Below the pieces are notes generated by a model that was not told the origin of the DNA, made no database searches, and saw only the letters and a program-made list of their open reading frames with translations. A stretch of 64,000 nucleotides of DNA from an uncultured Prochlorococcus sp. Its GTDB lineage: Bacteria > Cyanobacteriota > Cyanobacteriia > PCC-6307 > Cyanobiaceae. The position numbers and the translations under genes are program-made. Of the stretch, positions 44,938-55,042 are shown piece by piece. The stretch lies in NCBI GenBank assembly GCA_902606255.1, contig CACLFQ010000001.1, positions 28,074-92,073 on the forward strand. Direction: 5' to 3'. Within the stretch, counting starts at the first letter, position 1; each line of letters starts with the position of its first letter.

Positions 44938-46287
44938 ATGAAATTTGTTGTTATTGATGATGATCCAACAGGCTCTCAAACTGTTCATGATTGCTTATTA
45001 CTTCTTAAGTGGGACTGCTCAACTTTAGTCAAAGGTTTTGAATCTAAATCTAATTTATTTTTTATTTTGGCTAACACAAGGTCACTTTCGGAAAATGATG
45101 CAAAATTAACAATAGAGGAAATTTGCAGAAATCTTAAGAAAGTTTTAGCTTCTCAAGCTTATGAAGAAGAAATTATTTTTATAAGTAGAGGAGACTCTAC
45201 TCTTCGAGGACATAACTTTTTAGAGCCAAGTGCCCTAAATAGTTGCTTAGGTCCTTTTGATGCTACTTTTCATATTCCAGCTTTTATAGAGGGTAAAAGA
45301 TTAACAATTAATGGATCACACTTTGTTGATAAAACTCCTATTAGTGAAACAATTTTTGCAAGAGATAAAATTTTCGGATATGAGACAAGTAATATCAAGA
45401 ATATTTTATTTCAAAAGAGTAAATCGCAAATAAATATTGAGCATATTCAAAATCTTTTATTATCAGATATCGAGATTTTAAATGATGAAGAAAATAACAT
45501 TGTTTTTAAAACATTAAAGAACTTGAAGAATAATAAACATTTAATTGTAGATATAGAAAATTATTCTCAACTAAATAAATTTTCTTTAGTAATTAAAAAA
45601 TTAACTAAACAAAAAAAATTTCTTTTTCGAACTGCAGCAAGTTTTATAAGTTCAATTTCTGAGAAAAAAAGCGTCCCTAACCATAAGACATTTTTCTCAA
45701 ATTTAAGAATTAGAAATAAAGAAAAGAGTTTTCTTCCAGGACTTATAATTGTTGGATCCTTCGTGGAACTTTCAACATTGCAATTGAGAAATTTATTAGA
45801 GATAAGTAATTGCAATCCAATTGAATTAGATGTTTTTGAATTCTTTAAAATTACTTCATCAGAGAATGATCAGAAGCAAAGGAATTTTTTTAAAAATAAA
45901 TTTTTGCGAGAAATTAGATTTTCTTTTGAGGAAGGAAAAACCCCTGTATTGTTTACTTCAAGAAAATTTATGTCCTTAGATTATTCTGAACAATTTAATT
46001 TTTATAATTCACTTTCTTGTTTTATTGCTGAATTAGTCGCAGATTTGAAGTATGAAATAGGATATTTGATTACAAAAGGAGGAATAACAACAAATGTGAT
46101 TCTTACTAAGGGAATTAATGCAGATTATGTTTATCTTGAGGGACAGATTTTAACAGGCATTTCAGTGGTGACTTACAACCTTAAAAATCAAAAAAAACTT
46201 CCTATTGTTACACATCCTGGAAACATTGGTACTAAAGATTCATTAGTAAATATTTGGAAAATTTTTGAAAATAAAAATAATTTTTAA
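44938..46287 (+). CDS. Four-carbon acid sugar kinase family protein (DUF1537/YgbK-like)
   Basis: IDDDPTGSQTVH, SRGDSTLRGH, KGGITT, HPGNIG. Confidence 0.88.
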   Translation: MKFVVIDDDPTGSQTVHDCLLLLKWDCSTLVKGFESKSNLFFILANTRSLSENDAKLTIEEICRNLKKVLASQAYEEEIIFISRGDSTLRGHNFLEPSALNSCLGPFDATFHIPAFIEGKRLTINGSHFVDKTPISETIFARDKIFGYETSNIKNILFQKSKSQINIEHIQNLLLSDIEILNDEENNIVFKTLKNLKNNKHLIVDIENYSQLNKFSLVIKKLTKQKKFLFRTAASFISSISEKKSVPNHKTFFSNLRIRNKEKSFLPGLIIVGSFVELSTLQLRNLLEISNCNPIELDVFEFFKITSSENDQKQRNFFKNKFLREIRFSFEEGKTPVLFTSRKFMSLDYSEQFNFYNSLSCFIAELVADLKYEIGYLITKGGITTNVILTKGINADYVYLEGQILTGISVVTYNLKNQKKLPIVTHPGNIGTKDSLVNIWKIFENKNNF

Positions 46288-46289
46288 GG

Positions 46290-47714
46290 TTAGAAATTTG
46301 AGATAATTTCTTTAGCAAAACTGCTGCAGGATAGGGGTTCTACTTTCGGTTCCATTAAACGTGCTAGATCATAGGTTACTTTTTTTTGCTCTATTGCTTT
46401 ACTTAAACCATTAGTAATTAATTGAGCTGCTTCATCCCAACCAAAATATTCAAGCATCATTACACCACTAAGAATTACTGAACCTGGATTAATCTTATTT
46501 AAGCCTGCATGTTTTGGCGCAGTACCGTGCGTAGCTTCGAAAATTGCTGCATTATCTCCAATATTTGCACCAGGAGCCATACCTAGGCCACCAACAATTG
46601 CTGCAGCTGCATCAGAAACATAGTCTCCATTGAGGTTTAATGTTGCAAGAATTGAATATTCTTGAGGTCTAGTTTGAATTTGTTGAAATATACTGTCAGC
46701 TATCCGATCATCAACAAGAATAAGTTCTCTCCATTTCCCATCTCCATGAGAATTTGATATTGATGCAATAACTTCTTTAATTTCTTCGCAAATGAATGCT
46801 TTTTTATTATTTGTAAGCTTGTCAAAACCTGGTTCGATTTTTCTAGCATTATTTTCAATTGTAATTTCTGGATTTTTCTGAATATTATCTAAAATCCAGC
46901 TTTCTCTTTCTGTAATGCAATCTTCTCTAAATTCATTTACGGCTAATTCATAACCCCAATCTCTAAATGCACCTTCGGTATATTTCATAATATTCCCTTT
47001 ATGAACAAGAGTCACATGCCTTTTATCTCCTGATAATCTTTTTGCATGTTCAATCGCTTTTCTAATATGCCTTTGGCTTCCAGATTTACTTACTGGTTTT
47101 ATTCCAATTCCTGATCCGTCTGGTATAGATCTATTTTTTAAATTTTTACTATTTGGTATTACAACTTTGTTTAAGTGATTAATTAATTCAAGACAATTCT
47201 TATCCTCGGCTTCCCATTCAATTCCCATGTAAATATCCTCAGTATTTTCTCTGTAAACAATAACGTCTAAATTTTGGGGATTTTTGTGAGGGCTTGGAGT
47301 CCCTGAGTAATATCGGCATGGTCTAACACAGCTATATAAATCAAAGATTTGTCTTAATGCAACATTAAGAGATCTAATACCTCCACCAATGGGAGTCGTT
47401 AAAGGACCCTTGATGGCTACACCAAAGTGTCTTATTGCTTCAATGGTATCTTGAGGTAGATAGTTATATGTTCCATAAAGTTCACAAGCTTCATCTCCTG
47501 CATAGACTTTAAACCAATTAATTTTTCTTGCATCTTCATAGCTTTTTTTAATGGCTGCATCAAGAACAATTTGAGTTGCTGGCCATATATCCACTCCAGT
47601 TCCATCACCCCTAATAAAAGGGACGATGGGATTATCAGGAACATTAGGTTTGCCTTGATTAAAAGTTATTATCTCGCCTTCATTAGGTAAAGTTAATTTT
47701 TCAAATTTTGGCAT
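46290..47714 (-). CDS. icd: NADP-dependent isocitrate dehydrogenase
   Basis: KGPLTTPIGGGIRSLNVALRQ, HKGNIMK, NLNGDYVSD, EATHGTAPK. Confidence 0.98.
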   Translation of the reverse strand: MPKFEKLTLPNEGEIITFNQGKPNVPDNPIVPFIRGDGTGVDIWPATQIVLDAAIKKSYEDARKINWFKVYAGDEACELYGTYNYLPQDTIEAIRHFGVAIKGPLTTPIGGGIRSLNVALRQIFDLYSCVRPCRYYSGTPSPHKNPQNLDVIVYRENTEDIYMGIEWEAEDKNCLELINHLNKVVIPNSKNLKNRSIPDGSGIGIKPVSKSGSQRHIRKAIEHAKRLSGDKRHVTLVHKGNIMKYTEGAFRDWGYELAVNEFREDCITERESWILDNIQKNPEITIENNARKIEPGFDKLTNNKKAFICEEIKEVIASISNSHGDGKWRELILVDDRIADSIFQQIQTRPQEYSILATLNLNGDYVSDAAAAIVGGLGMAPGANIGDNAAIFEATHGTAPKHAGLNKINPGSVILSGVMMLEYFGWDEAAQLITNGLSKAIEQKKVTYDLARLMEPKVEPLSCSSFAKEIISNF

Positions 47715-47925
47715 AGCATTGAATTAATATAAAGATAACTCATTAAAGTTCTTCATATTGTAATTTGAGATGTGTTATTTTCTTTAAAAGCTAGAAATTT
47801 ATTATTCAAATGTGAATAGAGAATACTTTATTGATCAGCATTTCAACATCTTTATTAAAAGAAAAAGTAGTTAATAAGCAAGTTCAAGCAAATTATGTCA
47901 TTTTCAAAAAAATATTTAGCTATTT

Positions 47926-48357
47926 ATGAATGCGAGTTCAAATGTAAGTAATGTTGAAATAGCTAATAAAATTGCTTCTACTGCAGCTTTGTTTCGGAAA
48001 TATTTTCCAGATGCCAGCGTAAACTTTAGTCCCTGGGATAATTCAAATACCGAATCAATGCAAGATACTATTGATTTTGCGTTTCATTTTCCTGGTTGGA
48101 GTCCTCTTATTGAGTGTAGAGCAATACTCTTACAATTAAGAATTGAAAATGATAATAATGACAGAGTCCCGAAATTGTTAGGAATAATAATGCGAGGTAT
48201 GATTGTCCCCTCCGAGAGATGGAGAGTTGCTACCATCGGAGATTGGGAAATGACTGGTACTCATCTACCGCAAAAGGAACAAAAAGATAATCTTATTTTG
48301 GTTTGTAAAGAACTTTATAAATTGTTCTCCACAACATCTGCTGGTAACAAAAATTAG
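47926..48357 (+). CDS. Conserved hypothetical protein upstream of ho1
   Basis: 143 aa ORF (DTIDFAFHFPGWSP), co-oriented with the bilin genes. Confidence 0.8.
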   Translation: MNASSNVSNVEIANKIASTAALFRKYFPDASVNFSPWDNSNTESMQDTIDFAFHFPGWSPLIECRAILLQLRIENDNNDRVPKLLGIIMRGMIVPSERWRVATIGDWEMTGTHLPQKEQKDNLILVCKELYKLFSTTSAGNKN

Positions 48358-48414
48358 CTGTTTTATCTATTTTCCTTGTAGATTAAATACACTTACAAAA
48401 ATAATTCAAAATAT

Positions 48415-49125
48415 ATGGCAGTCGCTCTTGCAGGACAATTAAGAGAAGGGACAAAAAAATCCCACACCATGGCAGAAAATACTGGCTTTGTGGCTTGTTT
48501 TTTAAAAGGAGTTGTTGAAAAAAAATCTTATAGAAAATTAATTAGTGATTTATATTTTGTTTATGAAGCTATGGAAGAAGAAATTGCAAGATTGGTCCAA
48601 GAGGAACATCCCGTAATAAAACCTATTGGTTTTAAATCATTATTCAGGAAAGAAACTCTTGAAAATGATCTTAAATTTTATTTTGGTGAAAACTGGAAGA
48701 ATGAAATTAATATTTCTCAATCAGCAAAAGAATACGTTGAAAGAATCCGTGAGGTCGCAAAAAATTCACCAGAGCTATTGGTTGGCCACCACTACACACG
48801 TTATATAGGAGATTTATCTGGGGGGCAAATTTTGAAAAGGATAGCTAAAAAAGCATTAAATTTGGAGGGAAATGATGGTTTAAATTTTTACGAGTTTGAA
48901 TTAATTCCTGACGAAAAGAAATTTAAGGAAGAATATTCCCTTACTTTGAATCAACTTCCAATAAATCAAAAGACTGCTGATCAAATTATTGATGAAGCTA
49001 ATCAAGCTTTTACTTACAATATGAAAATGTTTAAGGAGCTTGAAGGTAACTTGATTGCTGTTTTAGGCAAGATTGTATTCAATTACATTACAAAAAAAGT
49101 TAGGAAAGGAAGCACCGAGACCTAG
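48415..49125 (+). CDS. ho1: Heme oxygenase (biliverdin-producing)
   Basis: LREGTKKSHTMAENTGF, HHYTRYIGDLSGGQIL. Confidence 0.97.
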   Translation: MAVALAGQLREGTKKSHTMAENTGFVACFLKGVVEKKSYRKLISDLYFVYEAMEEEIARLVQEEHPVIKPIGFKSLFRKETLENDLKFYFGENWKNEINISQSAKEYVERIREVAKNSPELLVGHHYTRYIGDLSGGQILKRIAKKALNLEGNDGLNFYEFELIPDEKKFKEEYSLTLNQLPINQKTADQIIDEANQAFTYNMKMFKELEGNLIAVLGKIVFNYITKKVRKGSTET

Positions 49126-49131
49126 TAATTT

Positions 49132-49842
49132 ATGTTTGATTCATTAGTTGATTTCCTTAAAACCAATATTGATGAATTAAATGGTTATGAAGTGCAAATA
49201 TCTAGCGAATTTAAAGAACATCACAATGAAGACTCAAAATATATTATTAAAAATTGGCTTTTTTCATCTCCCGAATATAGAAAGTGGCGAATAACCAGAT
49301 TAGATGGAGGCAAAAAACTGCAAGTGTTTAATACGGTCGCATATCCAAATTTTGATAGTGAAGTGCCTATCTTAGGAGCTGATATATTATGGTTTGGAAC
49401 TTCTCAAAAGTTATTAGCAATACTTGATTATCAACCTTTAATTCAAGAAGGCAAGTATCTTGAAAAATATTGTTCAAGTTTAGCTAGTATAAAGAAAAAA
49501 TATTCTGAATTTGATAATAATAAAATGAAGAATATCTATGATTCAAAACAGTATTTTTCCCCATGGGTGATTATATGTAGAGGTAATAAATTAAACCTTG
49601 ATAGAGATTTAAATGATATATTTCATTCATTTGTAAATAATTATTTGAACATTTATAAATTGAATAATGTTAATCAATTTTTAAATACAGAAGAAATAAA
49701 GATTAATCAAATTAAATATGATAAGTATAGTTTTGAAAAAGACCCTGCAGATAAATTGTTTAAATCTTTTTTTGGAGAAAAATGGACAAAAAAATTTATT
49801 AATAAATTTCTTTTTACATTAAATAATGAGATTATTCATTGA
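49132..49842 (+). CDS. pebA: 15,16-dihydrobiliverdin:ferredoxin oxidoreductase
   Basis: Bilin reductase fold ([32 protein letters not shown]), first of the pair after ho1. Confidence 0.9.
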   Translation: MFDSLVDFLKTNIDELNGYEVQISSEFKEHHNEDSKYIIKNWLFSSPEYRKWRITRLDGGKKLQVFNTVAYPNFDSEVPILGADILWFGTSQKLLAILDYQPLIQEGKYLEKYCSSLASIKKKYSEFDNNKMKNIYDSKQYFSPWVIICRGNKLNLDRDLNDIFHSFVNNYLNIYKLNNVNQFLNTEEIKINQIKYDKYSFEKDPADKLFKSFFGEKWTKKFINKFLFTLNNEIIH

Positions 49843-50604
49843 ATGTTAATAAAAGATACTATTTTTTATAGACCAGAGTGGAGATGGCATAATTTTCTAA
49901 AATATTTAACTAATAATTTAAGTAAATATAACTGTTTGGAAAAAATAATACCTTCCGAATATTCTTATAAAGATTCAATTTATGGTTCAAAAAAATCAAA
50001 AAAAAATGTGAATCTCTCTACTTGGGCTGTAACGCATAAAAAAAGAATTCAATTCGCAAGAGCAGTTTGTATTAATAGTCCAAATTATTCTGTTTTAAAT
50101 TTTTTAATTATTCCTAATACTATTTATAACGTCCCATTTTTTGGAGTAGATTTTGTTTCTCTACCTAATAGTCATTTATTAGTCTTAGATTTTCAGCCTT
50201 CATTAAGAATACAAAATCAATACAATAATGAGTTATTAGAAAAACTCATAAAACTCAAAAATCGATGTCATTCATCACTCCCATTAGCTGAAAAAATGTC
50301 TGCAGATGTAGCTAAATTTTTTTCTCCAGGTGTAATCTGGTCAAAATTACCAAAAGAAGAAAGGAGTGATTTTTTAATTGCTAATGAGCTTTATAACTCA
50401 TTTCAGGAATATCTTAATTTGTATTTGGAAATTCTTTTCGAAAGTGAGGAAGCAAATATTGATCTGCAAAAAGACTTAATAAATGGTCAAAATAATTATT
50501 TGAAATTTAGAAGAGATAATGATCCAGCAAGGCCAATGTTATCGAGTTTGTTTGGCAAGGAATTTACTGAATCTTTAATTAAAAAAGTTTTATTTACTAC
50601 TTAA
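49843..50604 (+). CDS. pebB: Phycoerythrobilin:ferredoxin oxidoreductase
   Basis: [27 protein letters not shown]. Confidence 0.9.
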   Translation: MLIKDTIFYRPEWRWHNFLKYLTNNLSKYNCLEKIIPSEYSYKDSIYGSKKSKKNVNLSTWAVTHKKRIQFARAVCINSPNYSVLNFLIIPNTIYNVPFFGVDFVSLPNSHLLVLDFQPSLRIQNQYNNELLEKLIKLKNRCHSSLPLAEKMSADVAKFFSPGVIWSKLPKEERSDFLIANELYNSFQEYLNLYLEILFESEEANIDLQKDLINGQNNYLKFRRDNDPARPMLSSLFGKEFTESLIKKVLFTT

Positions 50605-50636
50605 AAGCCTTATAATTTACCAAAATTTAAAATTAT

Positions 50637-51110
50637 ATGAAAAAAATTTCTGTTCTTTTTGTATGTTTGGGGAATATTTGTAGGTCTCCTGCTGCAGAAG
50701 CTATTTTTATAAGTCTACTTGAAAAGAAGGGATTAGCCGATGGCTTTATTGTAGATTCTGCTGGAACTGGAAGTTGGCATATTGGAAAAAAAGCTGACTC
50801 AAGAATGAGAATTGCGGCAGAAAGAAGAGATATAAATATCTTAAGCAAGGCTCGTCAAATTACTAGCAAAGATTTTGAAGAATTTAATTATATTCTTGCG
50901 ATGGACGACTCAAATTTTAAAAATATTCAAGATCTTAAAAATAGAAGACCTGCAACTGATTTTGCATCAATTAAAAAAATACAAAATTTTAGATCAGTTT
51001 TTAATGAGGCAGAAGTCCCTGACCCATATTTTGGAGGGGATGAGGGGTTTGATTATGTCCTTGATATTTTAGAAGACTCTGTAAGCGGCTTCTTGGAAAG
51101 TATTTCTTGA
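50637..51110 (+). CDS. Low molecular weight protein-tyrosine phosphatase
   Basis: VCLGNICRSP P-loop, DSAGT, VPDPYF. Confidence 0.95.
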   Translation: MKKISVLFVCLGNICRSPAAEAIFISLLEKKGLADGFIVDSAGTGSWHIGKKADSRMRIAAERRDINILSKARQITSKDFEEFNYILAMDDSNFKNIQDLKNRRPATDFASIKKIQNFRSVFNEAEVPDPYFGGDEGFDYVLDILEDSVSGFLESIS

Positions 51111-51112
51111 AT

Positions 51113-52642
51113 TTATTTGATCTGAGTCTCTTTAGGAATCTTGTCATTATAAAGATCAATAATTTTATCTACCACCTCATTAATTGAATATCCATCCGTA
51201 ATAATTTCTATTGCGTCATTGGCTTTTATTAGAGGTGAAATTTCCCTATTAGAATCTTCATAATCTCTTTTTTTTATAAGTTCTTTTAATGTATTAAAAT
51301 CAATTTCCTGTGAGTCTTTACTTTGTTTGTCAGATTTTCTTCTTTTTGCTCTTTCATCGATGCTTGCAGTTAAAAATATTTTAAGTTCTGCATTTGGAAA
51401 AACAGTAGTTCCTATATCTCTCCCCTCAGCCACAAGATCGCCTGATTTTCCAATTTTTCTTTGTTCTTCTACTAAGAATTTTCTTACTTCTTTTATTGAG
51501 GAAATTTTAGAAACGATGGAACTTATCTCTTGCGACCTAATTTCTTCGGTAACACAGTAGTTATTAATAAAAACATCTTGATGTGAATTTTCATTTGATT
51601 TGAATACAATAGAAACATTTTTAAGAATATTTTGCAATTTTTTTTCTGTTTTATAATCAATCTTTTCTTTTATTAAAAGCCAACTCAATGCCCTATACAT
51701 TGCACCTGTATCTAAATATAAAAGTTTAAGTTTCTTCGCTATTAACTTTGTTACCGTACTTTTACCTGACCCTGCAGGGCCATCAATTGCAATAATCGGT
51801 CTTCTTTTCATTAGAAAAACGTGATCAATTAATCTTGTCTCCCCACATCTTATCGCACCAGCTAGTAAAGAAATATTATCCTCAGTTCTTGCTTTTTGGA
51901 GAGTATTAGGGTGTAAATGTTCTAAATATTCAATTGAAATTTTTTCTGCTGTGAGCTTTTTAATTATTGTTTTTACACTGATCTTTTTTTCTTGTTGAAA
52001 TTTTTTTTTTGCTTCTAATAACTCATTTGAAAAAAATCTAATTAATTTTCTTTCGTTTTTAGATAAATGCACATTACGAGAACTTAAAGGAATTCCATCA
52101 AAATCTCTTTGTGTTGGAATAGATTTAACAGAAACATTTAATTTCTTTGTTAGGATAAGATTCTTTAAAATTAAAAGTTGTTGCCAATCTTTTTCTCCTA
52201 AGTAAAGGTTTTTTGGCTTGATGAGATCAAGTAATCTATAAATTACAGTACAAACTCCATCAAAATGTCCGCTTCGACTTAATCCACATAAATTAGAAGA
52301 TAATGCTATTGAAGCTTTCAGAAATTCAATATTATTATTTGGTGGATATATATCTTCAGCACTTGGGATGAAGATGGCATCTGCGCCATTAGTAAAGGAG
52401 ATTTTTATATCATTGTCAATTGTTCTAGGGTAATTCACTAAATCAAGCTTGTTATCAAATTGAAGCGGATTAACAAAAATACTTACTAAATTAACATTTG
52501 AATTGTCATTTTTTGCTGCTGATATTAGTTTTATATGTCCATTATGAAGATTACCCATTGTTGGAATGAAGTTAATTTTACTATTTATATTTCTCCTCCA
52601 ATTTTCAATTTCTTCAGTTTTCCTTATGATTACTTTCTTCAC
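51113..52642 (-). CDS. panC/cmk: Bifunctional pantoate--beta-alanine ligase / cytidylate kinase
   Basis: PTMGNLHNGH, GEKDWQQ, RLIDH, then IAIDGPAGSGKST, DTGAMYR, EGRDIGT. Confidence 0.97.
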   Translation of the reverse strand: MKKVIIRKTEEIENWRRNINSKINFIPTMGNLHNGHIKLISAAKNDNSNVNLVSIFVNPLQFDNKLDLVNYPRTIDNDIKISFTNGADAIFIPSAEDIYPPNNNIEFLKASIALSSNLCGLSRSGHFDGVCTVIYRLLDLIKPKNLYLGEKDWQQLLILKNLILTKKLNVSVKSIPTQRDFDGIPLSSRNVHLSKNERKLIRFFSNELLEAKKKFQQEKKISVKTIIKKLTAEKISIEYLEHLHPNTLQKARTEDNISLLAGAIRCGETRLIDHVFLMKRRPIIAIDGPAGSGKSTVTKLIAKKLKLLYLDTGAMYRALSWLLIKEKIDYKTEKKLQNILKNVSIVFKSNENSHQDVFINNYCVTEEIRSQEISSIVSKISSIKEVRKFLVEEQRKIGKSGDLVAEGRDIGTTVFPNAELKIFLTASIDERAKRRKSDKQSKDSQEIDFNTLKELIKKRDYEDSNREISPLIKANDAIEIITDGYSINEVVDKIIDLYNDKIPKETQIK

Positions 52643-52740
52643 TTTGTTTTTAATAAATAAATCTATTTGATAAATAATTACTGGACAAAAGCAATCTTCG
52701 GAGGAATATCTATATAGGGAAAGTCTATCATTTTTATTTC

Positions 52741-53784
52741 ATGGATTACAAAACATCAGGTGTTGATATAGAAGCTGGCCGAGAATTTGTTTCCGAAATT
52801 AAACAGGCAGTTGAAGGAACTCATACATCTAATGTGATTGAGGGTATTGGTGGGTTCGGAGGCTTTTTTAGAATTCCTATCCATAGTTTTAAAAAACCCG
52901 TGCTTGTTTCAGGAACTGACGGTGTTGGAACAAAATTAGAATTAGCCCAAAGTAAAAACTTTCACTTTGAGGTTGGTATTGATTTAGTTGCTATGTGCAT
53001 GAATGATATTATTACTAGCGGCGCAAAACCTTTATTTTTTCTTGATTATATTGCTACTGGTAAGCTTGATAAGAAACATTTATTGAAGGTTGTTCAAGGC
53101 ATTTCCCATGGCTGTGGAGACAATAACTGTTCATTACTCGGTGGAGAAACTGCTGAAATGCCAGGATTTTATTCAAAAAATAAGTATGATCTTGCAGGAT
53201 TTTGTGTAGGAATAGTTGACGAGGATAAGCTAATTAATGGAAAAAAAGTATCTGAAAATGACTTAATAATTGCTTTAAAAAGTAACGGAGTTCATAGTAA
53301 TGGCTTTAGTTTAGTAAGAAAAATAATTCAAAATAATCATCAAATAGATAAAGAATTTGAAAAAGTTTTTCACTTAAATTTTTATAATGAATTATTGAAA
53401 CCTACAAAAATTTACAATAATGTGATTAACCAAATTTTATCTGAAAATATAGAGATTAAAGCAATGTCCCATATTACTGGTGGAGGAATTCCAGAGAATC
53501 TACCAAGATGTATTCCTTCTGATTTTATCCCTTATATCAATACCAATTCTTGGGAAATACCTACTTTATTTAAATTTCTTAAAGAGAAAGGAACGATTCC
53601 TGAAAAAGATTTTTGGAATACTTTCAATCTTGGAGTGGGATTTTGTTTAATTATTGATAAACAATTTAAGGACGCAATATTAAATATTTGTAAAGATCAT
53701 GACATAGATAGTTGGGTGATTGGAACGATAGTTCGAAAAAACGATTCAACAATTAGTAAATTTTTGCCAGGAATTTTAACTTAA
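52741..53784 (+). CDS. purM: Phosphoribosylformylglycinamidine cyclo-ligase
   Basis: GTDGVGTK, GGETAEMPG, SNGVHSNGFSL, HITGGG. Confidence 0.98.
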   Translation: MDYKTSGVDIEAGREFVSEIKQAVEGTHTSNVIEGIGGFGGFFRIPIHSFKKPVLVSGTDGVGTKLELAQSKNFHFEVGIDLVAMCMNDIITSGAKPLFFLDYIATGKLDKKHLLKVVQGISHGCGDNNCSLLGGETAEMPGFYSKNKYDLAGFCVGIVDEDKLINGKKVSENDLIIALKSNGVHSNGFSLVRKIIQNNHQIDKEFEKVFHLNFYNELLKPTKIYNNVINQILSENIEIKAMSHITGGGIPENLPRCIPSDFIPYINTNSWEIPTLFKFLKEKGTIPEKDFWNTFNLGVGFCLIIDKQFKDAILNICKDHDIDSWVIGTIVRKNDSTISKFLPGILT

Positions 53785-53920
53785 ATTTTTTTTGCATCTT
53801 TTTTAAATGAGTTTTAAAAAATTATCTTTTATACACAAATGAAAAAGTTAGGTGTAATATAATAAAACTACCGCCGAACCGTATCGGAAGTTTAAGTATT
53901 AAGATTTAACCTTTTATTCA

Positions 53921-54565
53921 ATGCCTTTTGCAAATAATCAAAGAATTACACGTAGACGTAGTTCAGCTGGCCCCACACCTCCAAAAAGACCAATAGCTAA
54001 TAATTCCGAATTGAGTGGTAGACAAGCTCAAGGTCCAAGACCTACTTTTTTGACACTAAGGGATCATGGGAAAGTTTTTGTCGCGGATCTACCTAATTTA
54101 TCAGATGGTCAACTGGCACATATTAGTAAAGAAGCTAATGAAGTTTTAAATAGCTTGGAAAAAAGGCTTAGTGATCTTGAAAATGAGCCAAATGTTAGTA
54201 ATCCTGAAAACGATACGCTGATAAAAGCCTCCACTAAAAGAGATGTAACGCTGAGGTTTATTAAATCCATAGAAGAAGAACAAGAACATAGAAAGAATAA
54301 TCCTGCTTTAAGAGATGCTGCATCTGAATCGTTACCGAGAACTTTTCTTGAGGTTGCTCGACATAGATTGCCTGGGGCAACTTTTGATTCACTGCTTCGA
54401 GAGGCACTTGAAGCATGTGCAGTTGATGAGAATACTAAAGAAAATCAAATTATCGAAGAGCCCAAAGAAACTGTAAAAATCATGGATATACCTTCTTCCA
54501 ACACAAATGCTCCACTTGTTGTTAGTATCGAATCAAGTGATGATTCCAAGAATGGCTCTATTTAA
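53921..54565 (+). CDS. Conserved hypothetical protein
   Basis: 214 aa; basic/Pro-rich N-terminus RRRSSAGPTPP, core TFLTLRDHGKVFVADLP...ESLPRTFLEVARHRLPG. Confidence 0.85.
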   Translation: MPFANNQRITRRRSSAGPTPPKRPIANNSELSGRQAQGPRPTFLTLRDHGKVFVADLPNLSDGQLAHISKEANEVLNSLEKRLSDLENEPNVSNPENDTLIKASTKRDVTLRFIKSIEEEQEHRKNNPALRDAASESLPRTFLEVARHRLPGATFDSLLREALEACAVDENTKENQIIEEPKETVKIMDIPSSNTNAPLVVSIESSDDSKNGSI

Positions 54566-54719
54566 TTCAACACAAGAGTTAATTAGTTTAAAGGATCATA
54601 ATAATTCAAAAATCAACCTTCCTTTAGAAAAAGATCCTATTTTATGTAATCATTGCAAAAGGACTGCATCAAATGGTGTTAGATGTTTAGGAATGTGTGT
54701 AGCTGATAATGATTACTAA
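54552..54719 (+). CDS. Small Cys-rich protein (CxxC-x9-CxxxC)
   Basis: 55 aa from ATG 54552, ending CNHCKRTASNGVRCLGMCVADNDY; overlaps the upstream stop. Confidence 0.65.
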   Translation: MALFNSTQELISLKDHNNSKINLPLEKDPILCNHCKRTASNGVRCLGMCVADNDY

Positions 54720-54929
54720 AATAGTTCAAATTTATATATAAATAATCTGATGAAAATAATAAAAAAATCCATTGAATTTTATATCAATGAATATATAAGG
54801 TATTATTTATCAATAATAAATAAAAGATTATTTTTCTATATATCAATAAGTAATTGAAACTTTTTGCCCTTTATTTGAAACTAAAGTTCTTCGAAAATTT
54901 CATAATTAAATTTGTAAAAAAATTTAAGA

Positions 54930-55000
54930 AGGCGGCACCCAGATTCGAACTGGGGATAAAGGATTTGCAATCCTCTGCCTTACCACTTGGCCATGCCGCC
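54930..55000 (-). tRNA. tRNA-Cys (GCA)
   Basis: Minus strand GGCGGCATGGCCAAGTGGTAAGGCAGAGGATTGCAAATCCTTTATCCCCAGTTCGAATCTGGGTGCCGCCT; CCA not encoded. Confidence 0.97.
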
Positions 55001-55042
55001 GAAAAAGATTCGATTGAGTCCTTTTACGATCTTAACAGTAAG

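Noticed and set aside
51113-52642. PanC-Cmk fusion as a novelty
   Set aside because: Well-known cyanobacterial fusion
54854-55042. N-terminal 63 aa of the 472-aa ORF
   Set aside because: AT-rich spacer plus antisense tRNA-Cys; family motifs begin only after 55043
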